From: Candidatus Limnocylindrales bacterium
GTDB lineage: Bacteria; Chloroflexota; Limnocylindria; Limnocylindrales; CSP1-4
Assembly (NCBI GenBank): GCA_035764655.1
Contig: DASTYU010000071.1
Coordinates: 1-59,529, forward strand
DNA: 59,529 nt
Direction: 5' to 3'
Under the pieces are notes generated by a model that had not been told where the DNA came from, did no database searches, and saw only the letters and a program-made list of their open reading frames with translations. Positions 16,282 to 25,346 of this stretch are shown here, piece by piece (positions within the stretch are counted from its first letter, which is position 1; every line of letters starts with the position of its first letter). The position numbers and the translations under genes were made by a program.

Positions 16282-17556
16282 TCAGGTGCCGTGCTGCCAG
16301 GAGGCGACGTACTCGGCCTGCTCCGGCGTCATCGGCTCGAGCTCGATCCCGAGCGCGGCCAGCTTGAGGCGGGCGACCTCGCTGTCGATCGCCTCGGGCA
16401 CCACGTACACCTTCGGTTCGAGCTCCGCGTGATGCGCCGCGACGTACTCGGCCGACAGCGCCTGGTTGGCGAAGCTCATGTCCATGACCGACGCCGGATG
16501 CCCCTCGGCAGCGCCGAGATTGACCAGCCGTCCTTCGGCGATGAGGTGGAGCTTCTTGCCGCCCAGGTCGAATTCCTGGACGTTCTCGCGGACCTCGCGC
16601 ACGTGGCCCTCGGCGAGCGCCTGGAGCGCCGGCAGGTCCAGCTCGGCGTCGAAGTGCCCGCTGTTGGCCATGATCGCGCCGTCGCGCATGGCCTCGAAGT
16701 GCTCGCGCCGGAACACGTTGAGGTTGCCGGTCGCTGTGACGAACAGGTCGCCCCATGCTGCGGCCTCGGTATGCGTCAGCACGGCGTAGCCGTCCATCAG
16801 GGCCTCGAGCGCGCGAACCGGGTCGACCTCGACGACCGCGACATGCGCGCCCAGCCCGGCCATCCGCGAGGCGATCCCCCGCCCCACCCAGCCGTAGCCG
16901 GCGACGACCACCTTGCGGCCCGCGAGGAGGATGTTCGTCGCGCGCAGGATGCCGTCGACCGTCGACTGGCCGGTGCCGTAGCGGTTATCGAAGAGGTGCT
17001 TGGTCTGCGCCTCGTTGACCGCGATGACCGGGAAGCCCAGCGCGCCGTCGGCGGCCATCGCCTTGAGACGGATGACGCCGGTGGTCGTTTCCTCGGTACC
17101 GGCAAGGACCTCCTTGACCTGTTCGGGCCGCTCGCTGTGGAGCAGCGACACGAGGTCGCAGCCGTCGTCCATCGTGAGCTGCGGGTGCGTGTCGGCGACC
17201 GCGTTGAGGTGGGCGTAGTACGTGTCGCGGTCCTCGCCACGGCGGGCGAACGTCGGGATCCCGTACTCGCTGACGAGCGCGGCCGCGACGTCGTCCTTGG
17301 TGGACAGCGGGTTCGAGGCGGCCAGCACGACCTGCGCGCCACCGGCCTTCAGCGTGCGCATGAGGTTGGCGGTCTCGGTCGTGACGTGGAGGCAGGCACC
17401 GATGCGCAGGCCGTCGAGCGGGCGCTCGCGCTCGAATCGTTCGCGGATCAGGCGCAGGACGGGCATCTCGCGCTCGGCCCATTCGATGCGACGGACGCCC
17501 TCGGCGGCGAGGCCGAGGTCCGTGACGTCGTGGGCTGGGGCGCTGGTGGAGGTCAT
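16282..17556 (-). CDS. ahcY: Adenosylhomocysteinase
   Basis: [68 protein letters not shown] site. The ATG at 17556 shares one base with the upstream stop (TGATG). The rest of ORF 16282..18045 is read-through. Confidence 0.95.
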   Translation of the reverse strand: MTSTSAPAHDVTDLGLAAEGVRRIEWAEREMPVLRLIRERFERERPLDGLRIGACLHVTTETANLMRTLKAGGAQVVLAASNPLSTKDDVAAALVSEYGIPTFARRGEDRDTYYAHLNAVADTHPQLTMDDGCDLVSLLHSERPEQVKEVLAGTEETTTGVIRLKAMAADGALGFPVIAVNEAQTKHLFDNRYGTGQSTVDGILRATNILLAGRKVVVAGYGWVGRGIASRMAGLGAHVAVVEVDPVRALEALMDGYAVLTHTEAAAWGDLFVTATGNLNVFRREHFEAMRDGAIMANSGHFDAELDLPALQALAEGHVREVRENVQEFDLGGKKLHLIAEGRLVNLGAAEGHPASVMDMSFANQALSAEYVAAHHAELEPKVYVVPEAIDSEVARLKLAALGIELEPMTPEQAEYVASWQHGT

Positions 17557-18416
17557 CAGTCGGTGGTCTCCCTGTTGAAGAAGCGGCGCATGCGTGCCGC
17601 GAGGTCCGGCCACGGCGAGCCGAGGCGATGGATCAGCCGCTCCTCGAAGCGGGTGTATTCGGCAAAGCCGAGACGGCGATACGCGTTGAGCGCGGGCGGG
17701 TTGTCCGACCGGACGTTCAGCACGACCTGGTCGCACGACCGCAGCAGCTCGGTGGTCACCGCGCCGGTCACGGCCGTCGCGAATCCACGTCCACGATAGT
17801 CGACCGCGGTCAGGACGTTGCCGACGACGCCCAGACGTGCCCGTTCGCTGATCACGTGGGTCCCTGCGGCGGCGACCAGCGTGCCGTTGACGCGGATCCC
17901 GTAGTAGACGCCCTCGGCGATCGCGCTCGAGGGCAGCCACGCGGCGAAGCCGAGCTGGTAGAGGCGGTTGAGATCGCCGATCTCCGCCGGGAGGAGCCGC
18001 TGGACCGTGGCCGGGTACGGCCGGAACGTGGACCGGTCGACCCACATGCGGACCATCGGCGGGCCGGGGTCGACGCGGTAGAAATGCTCGACGGTCGGCA
18101 GCAGCTCCGGCAGCGCCGCGAGGTAGGCGGCGCGCGGCCGGATGACGTCGCGCAGGATCGCCTCGAGACCGTCGGGGTCACCCATGAGGAACACGGGCTG
18201 CGGCGTCATCCCGCTGTACTCGAGGGCGACGGCCACGACATCCTCGCCCTGCTGGGCGATCCCCCACCGTGTCCGGCCGAACTCACGGTCCTCGAGGTCA
18301 CACAGCGCATAGGCGGCGTACAGGCGGTCGCGCTCGAGGAACGAGCGAAGCAGCTCGCGGTCCGTCGTGGCCCTGGCGACCACCGAAGGGCGCCTGCCCA
18401 GCGCGACCGTGGCCAT
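17556..18416 (-). CDS. GNAT-family N-acetyltransferase
   Basis: C-terminal acetyl-CoA site [20 protein letters not shown]...[13 protein letters not shown]. The N-terminal half is unassigned. Confidence 0.75.
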   Translation of the reverse strand: MATVALGRRPSVVARATTDRELLRSFLERDRLYAAYALCDLEDREFGRTRWGIAQQGEDVVAVALEYSGMTPQPVFLMGDPDGLEAILRDVIRPRAAYLAALPELLPTVEHFYRVDPGPPMVRMWVDRSTFRPYPATVQRLLPAEIGDLNRLYQLGFAAWLPSSAIAEGVYYGIRVNGTLVAAAGTHVISERARLGVVGNVLTAVDYRGRGFATAVTGAVTTELLRSCDQVVLNVRSDNPPALNAYRRLGFAEYTRFEERLIHRLGSPWPDLAARMRRFFNRETTD

Positions 18417-19750
18417 CAGGACCAGCGCACCCGGGCGCGGTCGAGCGCATCACGGAAGGCGGGCTCGAACGGGCCGGTCAGGACGCCCTCCTCGGTGACG
18501 ACGCCGGTCACGAGATCACCCGGGGTCACGTCGAACGCGGGGTTGCGAGCGGTCGTCCCGACCGGGGCGATGCGCAGGCCGCGCAGCTCGAGCACCTCGT
18601 CGGCGGAGCGTTCCTCGATCGGGATGGCGTCGCCGTCCGGCGTGTCGAGGTCGACGGAGCTCAACGGCGCGACCACGTAGAACGGGATGCCGTGACGGGC
18701 CGCCAGCACCGCCAGCGGATAGGTCCCTACCTTGTTCGCCGTGTCGCCGTTGGCCGCGATCCGGTCCGCCCCGACGAGCACGACGTCGACCTCGCCCGCC
18801 TTCATCAGCGAGCCGGCGGCCACGTCCGGGATCAGTGTGTGCGGCACGCCCGCCTGCTGCAGCTCCCAGGCGGTCAGTCGCGCTCCCTGCAGGTACGGCC
18901 GGGTCTCGTCGACCCAGACATGGATCTCGCGGCCCGCATGGTGGGCAACCTGGACCACGCCGAGCGCCGTCCCGAACTGGCCGCATGCCAGCGGCCCGGT
19001 GTTGCAGTGGGTCAGGATGTTGAGCGGCCGGTCGACGGGAGTCGGGAGGGCGCCCAGCCCGAACTCGGCGAGGCGCCCGTGGTCGGTCGTTGCCTCGAGG
19101 ACGATCTGGTCCGCCTCGGCGCGCATCGCGGCGGCAATCGCGTCGCCGTCATCGGACAGCTCGCCGAGCTCCTCGTAGCGGGCCATCACCCGTTCCACCG
19201 CCCAGCGCAGGTTGACCGCCGTCGGGCGGGCGTTGACCAGCGCGTTCGACGCGCCACGCAGCGTTGCCCTGCGGGCGTACGGCTTCGTGTTGCGGACCTT
19301 GTACGCGGTCAGGGCCAACCCGATCGCGGCCGCCTGCCCGATCGCCGGCGCGCCGCGGATGATCATCTGGCGGATCGCATGGGCGACCGCGGCGGCGGAT
19401 TCGCAGGGGTGCTCGACGAGCGCGTCGGGCAGCCGCCGCTGGTCGATCAGGAGGAGCGTGGTGCCCTCCATGCGGAACGCGCTGCGGAAGCCGGACGGCG
19501 GGGCCGGCACGGCGGTGTCGTCGCGGAGGGCGTCGGGGTCGCCCTCGAGGATCGCGCTGGCCGCCTCGGCGGACGCGCGCTGGAGGACCTGCGCCGCGCC
19601 GACGACGGACGCCGCGCCCTGGATCAGCTCACCGGCGAACTGGCGGAAGAAGCGGCGCCGGCCGAGATCGGCGTCAGAAAGCTCGTCGGGGACGGGTTCG
19701 TCGGCCGGCTGGGGCGGCGAACCGGATTCGAGCTCCGGGCTGTGGGCCAC
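18416..19750 (-). CDS. mtnA: S-methyl-5-thioribose-1-phosphate isomerase (eIF-2B family) with ~95-aa N-terminal extension
   Basis: LLLIDQRRLP, IRGAPAIGQAAA, CNTGPLA, WVDETRPYLQGARLTAWEL, GADRIAANGDTANKVGTY. Confidence 0.85.
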   Translation of the reverse strand: MAHSPELESGSPPQPADEPVPDELSDADLGRRRFFRQFAGELIQGAASVVGAAQVLQRASAEAASAILEGDPDALRDDTAVPAPPSGFRSAFRMEGTTLLLIDQRRLPDALVEHPCESAAAVAHAIRQMIIRGAPAIGQAAAIGLALTAYKVRNTKPYARRATLRGASNALVNARPTAVNLRWAVERVMARYEELGELSDDGDAIAAAMRAEADQIVLEATTDHGRLAEFGLGALPTPVDRPLNILTHCNTGPLACGQFGTALGVVQVAHHAGREIHVWVDETRPYLQGARLTAWELQQAGVPHTLIPDVAAGSLMKAGEVDVVLVGADRIAANGDTANKVGTYPLAVLAARHGIPFYVVAPLSSVDLDTPDGDAIPIEERSADEVLELRGLRIAPVGTTARNPAFDVTPGDLVTGVVTEEGVLTGPFEPAFRDALDRARVRWS

Positions 19751-19773
19751 TGCTTTCGCCCCTGTCGTGCGAC

Positions 19774-20295
19774 TCAGTACTTGATGACGCTCGTGACCCG
19801 CCGGCCCTCGAGGCGATCACGGCCCTTGAGGAAGTCGAGCTCGACGAGGAACCCCAGACCGACCACCTCGCCCTTCAGCCGCTCGACCAGCTCGATCGTG
19901 CCCTTGACCGTGCCGCCGGTCGCGAGCAGGTCGTCGACGATGAGCACCTTCTGGCCGGCCTGGATCGCGTCGCGGTGGATCTCGAGCGTGTTCGAGCCGT
20001 ACTCGAGCGCGTACTCGACGGTGATCGTCTCCGCGGGAAGCTTGCCCAGCTTGCGCACCGGCACCAGGCCGGCGTCGAGGAGATAGGCCATCGGAGCGCT
20101 GAAGATGAACCCGCGCGACTCCATCCCGACCACGATGTCGACCTGGTCGTCCTTGTACGGCTCGAGCATCAGGTCGATCGCCTCCTTGTAGGCGGCGGGA
20201 TCCTTGAGCAGTGTCGTGATGTCGTAGAAGAGGATGCCCGGCTTGGGGAAATCGGGAATCTCGCGGATCTTCGCGCGAAGCTCCTCAGCGGACAT
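19774..20295 (-). CDS. apt: Adenine phosphoribosyltransferase
   Basis: IPDFPKPGILFYDITTLL and PRPP motif VLIVDDLLATGGT. ATG 20295 is preceded by GGAGG. The upstream part of ORF 19774..20805 is spurious. Confidence 0.95.
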   Translation of the reverse strand: MSAEELRAKIREIPDFPKPGILFYDITTLLKDPAAYKEAIDLMLEPYKDDQVDIVVGMESRGFIFSAPMAYLLDAGLVPVRKLGKLPAETITVEYALEYGSNTLEIHRDAIQAGQKVLIVDDLLATGGTVKGTIELVERLKGEVVGLGFLVELDFLKGRDRLEGRRVTSVIKY

Positions 20296-20357
20296 CGATA
20301 CGTGGCCTCCGGTGATCCGGGCAGGGCGCCGTCTGGGCTGCGGCGCGGGAACGCAGT

Positions 20358-21653
20358 CTACCGCAGGGCCGGGCCGCGTCCACGGGCTGTGCCGGGCCGC
20401 AGGCGGCCCGCCAGCGCGGCCCCGAGCAGGACCACCGCCCAGCCTATGGCGAAGGCGACGGCCAGCCCCTGGCTCAACCCGCCGGTCGCCCGCAGCCCGG
20501 CAGCGACGATCGCCCCGCTGACCCCCGTGCCGAGCGCAGTGCCCAGCGCATCGGTCAGGGACAGCGCCGACGACGCGGAGCCCTGTTCCGCCGGAGTGGC
20601 CTCGCGCAGCACGATGAGCCCGAGCGGCGAGTAGCACAGGCCCATGCCGAGCCCGGCAACCGCGAAGGTCGGCACGGCGAACCACACGGGCACCTCGGGG
20701 ATGAGCACCAGCGCAAACGTCGCGATCCCGGCGGCCACGACGAGCAACCCGCCGCGGACGAACTGGTCGAGCCGCCAGCGCGCGTTCCAGTGTGCCTGGA
20801 TCCATGAACCGGCCGTCCAGGTGATCGTGGTCGCAGTCAGCACGATGCCGGCCTGCGACAGCGTCAGCCCTCGCACGTCCACGAGCAGCCGCGACACGTA
20901 TGCGTCCACGGCGAAAAACCCGAACGTCGCGACGCCGCGAAGGAGGACGGCCGTGGGCAGGCCGCGCGCCGCGCGTAAGGTCCCGACGGGCGTCAGGCGG
21001 CGCACGGCGAACACTCCGAGCGCGAGCCCGGGCAGTGCGAGCCCGACGAGCAGGAGCGGTTCACCGGCCGTGATCGCGGCGGTGAACAACGCGGTCCCCA
21101 GCGTGACGAGCACGGCCAGCGGCAGGCGGCGGCGGAGGGACGCCGCTGCCGTCGCCTCCGCGGCGGCAGCCTCGGGCGGCGGAGCCACCGAGCGCAGGGC
21201 GGGCGTCGTCGCGACCGCCGACAGCGCGACCAGCGGCAGGAGCCCGAGGAACACGGCACGCCAGCCGACCGAATCGCCCACCAGTCCGGCGATCGCCGGA
21301 CCGATCACGCCGGGGAGCGCCCACGCCGTCGAGAGGAACGCGAACATCCGCGGGCGGAGGTCCTCCGACATGCTCCGGGCAATCGCGACGTACGCGATGG
21401 GCGGGATGGCACCGGCGCCGAGGCCCTGGATGAAGCGGGCCAGGACGAGGACCTGCATGGACGACGCCAGGCCGCCGATCAGCAGCCCGATCGCGAACAA
21501 CCCCAGCCCACCGAGAAACGGTACGGCGAGGCTGCGGTCGACCATGCCGCCGATGGCCACGATCCCGATCAGGGTGCCGAGGAAGAACGCGGTGAACACC
21601 CACCCGTAGAGGTCGCTACCAGCTGCGCCGAACTCGGCGGCGACATCGGGCAT
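20358..21653 (-). CDS. MFS transporter (conservative ATG start; the coding region probably extends to CTG at 21773)
   Basis: At least 12 hydrophobic helices. The 40 in-frame codons upstream of the ATG encode the missing first helix (see finding). Confidence 0.85.
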   Translation of the reverse strand: MPDVAAEFGAAGSDLYGWVFTAFFLGTLIGIVAIGGMVDRSLAVPFLGGLGLFAIGLLIGGLASSMQVLVLARFIQGLGAGAIPPIAYVAIARSMSEDLRPRMFAFLSTAWALPGVIGPAIAGLVGDSVGWRAVFLGLLPLVALSAVATTPALRSVAPPPEAAAAEATAAASLRRRLPLAVLVTLGTALFTAAITAGEPLLLVGLALPGLALGVFAVRRLTPVGTLRAARGLPTAVLLRGVATFGFFAVDAYVSRLLVDVRGLTLSQAGIVLTATTITWTAGSWIQAHWNARWRLDQFVRGGLLVVAAGIATFALVLIPEVPVWFAVPTFAVAGLGMGLCYSPLGLIVLREATPAEQGSASSALSLTDALGTALGTGVSGAIVAAGLRATGGLSQGLAVAFAIGWAVVLLGAALAGRLRPGTARGRGPALR

Positions 21654-21769
21654 GACCGTTGAGATGGCGAGGGCTTCGAACGCGACGAGGGTGATCGTCA
21701 GGACGAGCCCGGTGCTCAGCCCTCGTCGTTCGGCGCTCCAGAGTCCCGAGCGGGCGGCCGCCTGCCCAG

Positions 21770-22270
21770 TCAGATCTGCGCCAGCCGATCGAGCGGGAAC
21801 GGCGGCTGGGCCAGCGGCTTGACGGCGATGCGGACCAGGAGCAGCGGGTTGTCGTCACCCGCCACGCGGTTGCTGCTCAGCACCCCGCAGCCGTTGCAGC
21901 GGTGGATGAGCAGCCACTCCCCGTCCTTGCGGACCGCGATCGCGATCGGCTCCATCGAGGCGAGGCAGTCCGCGGCGCGATCGCCCGGCTCGTCGTCGAC
22001 ATGGCGGCTCCACAGGCAGAACGGGCAATGGTTGCGGTGCTGCGTCCCGGGCGCGTCCATGGGCACGTCGGCGTGGCAGTGGTGGCAGCGGAACGACACG
22101 CCCCGGCCGGTCGGCGCCTCGTCGAGTGACTGCGCTTCCTCGCGGCGCGTGGTGCGCCGGCGGGCGACGCGTTCGGCGCCCTGGCGCTCTGCTCGGTCGG
22201 CGCGGGCAACCTGGGCGGCACGGTCCTCGCGCGGCGGACGCGTGGCACGCTCCGTGCGGCGCTTGGTCAC
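21770..22270 (-). CDS. RNHCP-domain zinc-ribbon protein with Arg/Glu-rich N-terminus
   Basis: FRCHHCHADVPMDAPGTQHRNHCPFCLWSRH...IHRCNGCGVLSSNRVAGDD contains the eponymous RNHCP motif and Cys/His pairs. GTG 22270 overlaps the plsY stop (GTGA). Confidence 0.75.
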   Translation of the reverse strand: MTKRRTERATRPPREDRAAQVARADRAERQGAERVARRRTTRREEAQSLDEAPTGRGVSFRCHHCHADVPMDAPGTQHRNHCPFCLWSRHVDDEPGDRAADCLASMEPIAIAVRKDGEWLLIHRCNGCGVLSSNRVAGDDNPLLLVRIAVKPLAQPPFPLDRLAQI

Positions 22271-22950
22271 CGGCCGCTCCTCGTCTGGGTGGCCCCGTCG
22301 GCGGCCGGCTGCCCGGGTCCGGGCCGCCCGCGCAAGCGCCACTCGATCCGCCGTTCCTCGCCCTTGCGGAGCCGCTGGATGTTGTCGGCATGGAAGATCC
22401 AGATCAGGGCCGTGCCGACGACGGCATAGACGGCGTAGGCGGGCGGCAACCCGGCGAACGGGATCGCGACGAGCAGCCCGAGCCCGCCGATCAGCGTGCA
22501 CGTCAGCGACGCCACGGAGCTGATCCGCGTGATCAGCAGGAGCCCGAGGAAGATCGGCACGATCAGTAGCGCGATCGCCGGGGCCAGCACGAGGAGCGCA
22601 CCCCAACCGGTGGCGACGCCGCGGCCGCCCTGCAGCCCGATATACGGCGAGCGGCTGTGGCCGACGATCGCCGCGATGGCGGCCAGCGAGTGCACGAGCG
22701 GGTCGGTGCCGACGAGGATCGCCAGGAGGACCGCCGCGGAACCCTTGAACGCGTCCAGGAAGCCGGCCACGAGCGCGGCACGGAAGCCAAGCGCGCGCAT
22801 GACGTTGGCGCCGCCGGTCCGCCCGCTGCCGAGGCTGCGCGGATCCGGGCCGCCGACGAGCCGGGCGACGACGATCCCCCATGGGATCCCGCCGATGAAG
22901 TAGCTCGCAACGACCACGACGATCGCGACGATCGCTTCGCGGCTGTCCAC
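22267..22950 (-). CDS. plsY: Glycerol-3-phosphate acyltransferase PlsY
   Basis: SYFIGGIPWGIVVARL...GSGRTGGANVMRALG...FLDAFKG...SRSPY and a multi-TM layout. Confidence 0.9.
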   Translation of the reverse strand: MDSREAIVAIVVVVASYFIGGIPWGIVVARLVGGPDPRSLGSGRTGGANVMRALGFRAALVAGFLDAFKGSAAVLLAILVGTDPLVHSLAAIAAIVGHSRSPYIGLQGGRGVATGWGALLVLAPAIALLIVPIFLGLLLITRISSVASLTCTLIGGLGLLVAIPFAGLPPAYAVYAVVGTALIWIFHADNIQRLRKGEERRIEWRLRGRPGPGQPAADGATQTRSGR

Positions 22951-22978
22951 GGCGGCGAGTATGCCATCGGTGCGAGGT

Positions 22979-24007
22979 TCAGCGGCCGAGGGCCTCCAGC
23001 AGCCGGTCGGGGCGGGACTTGAACCAGGCTCGCCGTCCGGGGTCCGCCGCAGTCTCGTCGGCCAGCCGGGCGAGGCCCTCGTTGACCGGCGTGGGAACGG
23101 CCAGGCTCGCCCCGGCCCGTACCACCGCTCCGTTCAGCCAGCCGGCCTCCGTGGGTGGGCCGCCCTGGATCGCGCCACGCAACGAAGGGTCCTTGCCGCC
23201 ACGGGCCGACCCGACCACGAGCCCGAGCGAGGTCCGTGCCAGGACCGCGGGGAGCGTCACGGCGAAGGCGAGCAGCGGGACCGGCGTCCCGGGCAGCGAC
23301 ACCGGCCGGAGACGGCGCGCTCGCATCACCGCGAGGGCTTCCTTGAGCTGGTCGCGCTCGATTTCGAACAGGTCAGGATTCGCGTAGATCGATGCGGGCT
23401 CCATGTCCAGGATGCCGCTCGTCGCGTTCCCAACGAGGTTCGCAACCACCTTCGACCACTTCATGGAGGCCGCGTCGTCATGGATCGCGACCTCGACGCC
23501 GGCCGCGCGCATCGTGGTCGCGAGGTCGTCGACGAGCGCGCCCGCGCCCTCCCCGCGCACCGCCGCCAGCCCGACGCCGCCACGGCGCAGGAGCCTGACC
23601 GTCCCGTCAGGTTCGCGCTCGACCGAGGCCGTCACCGATGCGGCGAGCAGGGCCGCGCCGGGACGGGCCTCCGTGGCCGTCTCCTCGGCGCCGACGCCGT
23701 TCTGTGCGGTGAGGACAGGGACCGCGGGGATGGCCTGGAGCGCGTCGAGCGCTTCCTTCAGGTCGTACTGGCGAACCGCGAGGACGACGAGATCCGGCGC
23801 CAGGACGGCCCCGCCGTCCACTGAGGCCACCAGACCGACCTCGACGGTCGTGTCCGTGCCGTCCTGGCGCACGAGACGAAGCGGGACGGTCGCGCCCCCC
23901 TCTCCGCTGAACGAGCGCCGGACGAGGGTGGTCCGGCCGCCACCGGCGGCCACCGCCCAGCCGAGATACGAACCGACCGCGCCGGCCCCGACCACGAGCA
24001 CATGCAT
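22979..24007 (-). CDS. Ketopantoate reductase (ApbA/PanE) family oxidoreductase
   Basis: MHVLVVGAGAVGSYLG Rossmann start and MKWSKVVANLVGNATSGIL family motif. ATG at 24007. Confidence 0.8.
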   Translation of the reverse strand: MHVLVVGAGAVGSYLGWAVAAGGGRTTLVRRSFSGEGGATVPLRLVRQDGTDTTVEVGLVASVDGGAVLAPDLVVLAVRQYDLKEALDALQAIPAVPVLTAQNGVGAEETATEARPGAALLAASVTASVEREPDGTVRLLRRGGVGLAAVRGEGAGALVDDLATTMRAAGVEVAIHDDAASMKWSKVVANLVGNATSGILDMEPASIYANPDLFEIERDQLKEALAVMRARRLRPVSLPGTPVPLLAFAVTLPAVLARTSLGLVVGSARGGKDPSLRGAIQGGPPTEAGWLNGAVVRAGASLAVPTPVNEGLARLADETAADPGRRAWFKSRPDRLLEALGR

Positions 24008-24014
24008 GTAACCG

Positions 24015-25346
24015 CTAGTGTGCGGTCCCGTCGGCCGTTCCGGTCGCATCGGCCGCCGCGTATGCCGCGGCGAGGTACTCCACGGGGTGCCTGGACGGTC
24101 GATCGGTCGCGGACGCGATCTGCCAGCGGCAGGTCTCGGAGTCGCATGCTGTCTCCGCCGCCCCGCTCGCATCGATGCGCCGGAACAGGTCCTCGCCGAC
24201 TCGCATGGCGTTGTCGTACTTCTCCTTCTTGAGCCCGTACGTGCCGGCGATCCCGCAGCAGTCGTGGTCCATGTCGACGGCGCGCAGACCGGGGATCAGT
24301 GCGAACAGGTCCATCGCCGGCAGCCCGATCCCGTGGCTGCGCAGCTGGCATGGGGCGTGGTACGGCAGGTCGAGGTCGATCCGCCCGAAGCCCGTATCGA
24401 GGCGCCCCTCCTCGTGCAGCTCGAGCAGGAACTCGCAGATGTCCCAGGTCGCCGCGGAGACCGCCCGCGCGTCCTCGTCGTGCAGGTCGAGCATCTCGGC
24501 GTATTCGGCCTTGAGCGTGTGCGTGCACGACGTCGATGTGCCGACGATCCGGTAGCCGAGCCGGGCGTACTCGGCGAGGACCTCGACGTTGTGGCGCGCC
24601 TTCGACCGCGCCGCCGGGTACAGGCCGTTGCTGATCATCGGCAGCCCGCAGCAGTTCTGCGGCGGCGCGATGACCTGGAAGCCGTTGCGCTCGAGGACCG
24701 CGATCGCGGCGTCGGCCACGTGCTGCTCGTAGTAGTTCGCGGCGCAGCCGTGGAAGTAGACGACGGCCCGATCGGGCGGCGGCAGGTCGACCTCGCCCAC
24801 CCGCCCCAGCACGCCGCCACGACGCTTGAAGCGGGATCGGAACGAGCGGCCGGCGTACAGCGGCAGCGGCGCCTTGCGATGGATGCCCAGCACGAGCTCG
24901 AGGAGCCAGCGGACAGGTCGGTTCTGCAGCGTCCAGTTGGCGAGCGGCGTGAACGGTGCGCCGAACCGCCCGAGCAGGTCGGTCTGGCTGATCAGCCAAT
25001 CGCGCAGGCGCGGCCGGTGGCCGGCGCGCATCGACGCCCGCGCCCGGTTGTTGACCTCGGCGATCTTGACCCCGGCCGGGCAGGCGGTCGTGCACCAGCC
25101 GCAGCCGGAGCACCAGTCGACGGTCCGGTCAGGGCTGTGGACCGGCCTGCCATCGAGGTTGATGGGGACCGGTGCGGCGAGGCGGAAGCGCTGCGCCTGG
25201 GGTCCGACGTACTTGGGCCCCGGGAAGCGGTCGTCGACCCGCGCGACCGGGCAGACCTCGTTGCAGATGTTGCACTTGAGGCACTCGTCGGTCGACAGGC
25301 CGACGGTCTCGTGGAGGGCCGCCTCGACGACCGACGCGATCGTCAT
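24015..25346 (-). CDS. glpC: Anaerobic glycerol-3-phosphate dehydrogenase subunit C
   Basis: Two ferredoxin motifs, CLKCNICNEVCP and CSGCGWCTTACP, followed by two CCG domains (QNCCGLP, HDCCGIAG). The ATG at 25346 overlaps the glpB stop (ATGA). Confidence 0.9.
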   Translation of the reverse strand: MTIASVVEAALHETVGLSTDECLKCNICNEVCPVARVDDRFPGPKYVGPQAQRFRLAAPVPINLDGRPVHSPDRTVDWCSGCGWCTTACPAGVKIAEVNNRARASMRAGHRPRLRDWLISQTDLLGRFGAPFTPLANWTLQNRPVRWLLELVLGIHRKAPLPLYAGRSFRSRFKRRGGVLGRVGEVDLPPPDRAVVYFHGCAANYYEQHVADAAIAVLERNGFQVIAPPQNCCGLPMISNGLYPAARSKARHNVEVLAEYARLGYRIVGTSTSCTHTLKAEYAEMLDLHDEDARAVSAATWDICEFLLELHEEGRLDTGFGRIDLDLPYHAPCQLRSHGIGLPAMDLFALIPGLRAVDMDHDCCGIAGTYGLKKEKYDNAMRVGEDLFRRIDASGAAETACDSETCRWQIASATDRPSRHPVEYLAAAYAAADATGTADGTAH

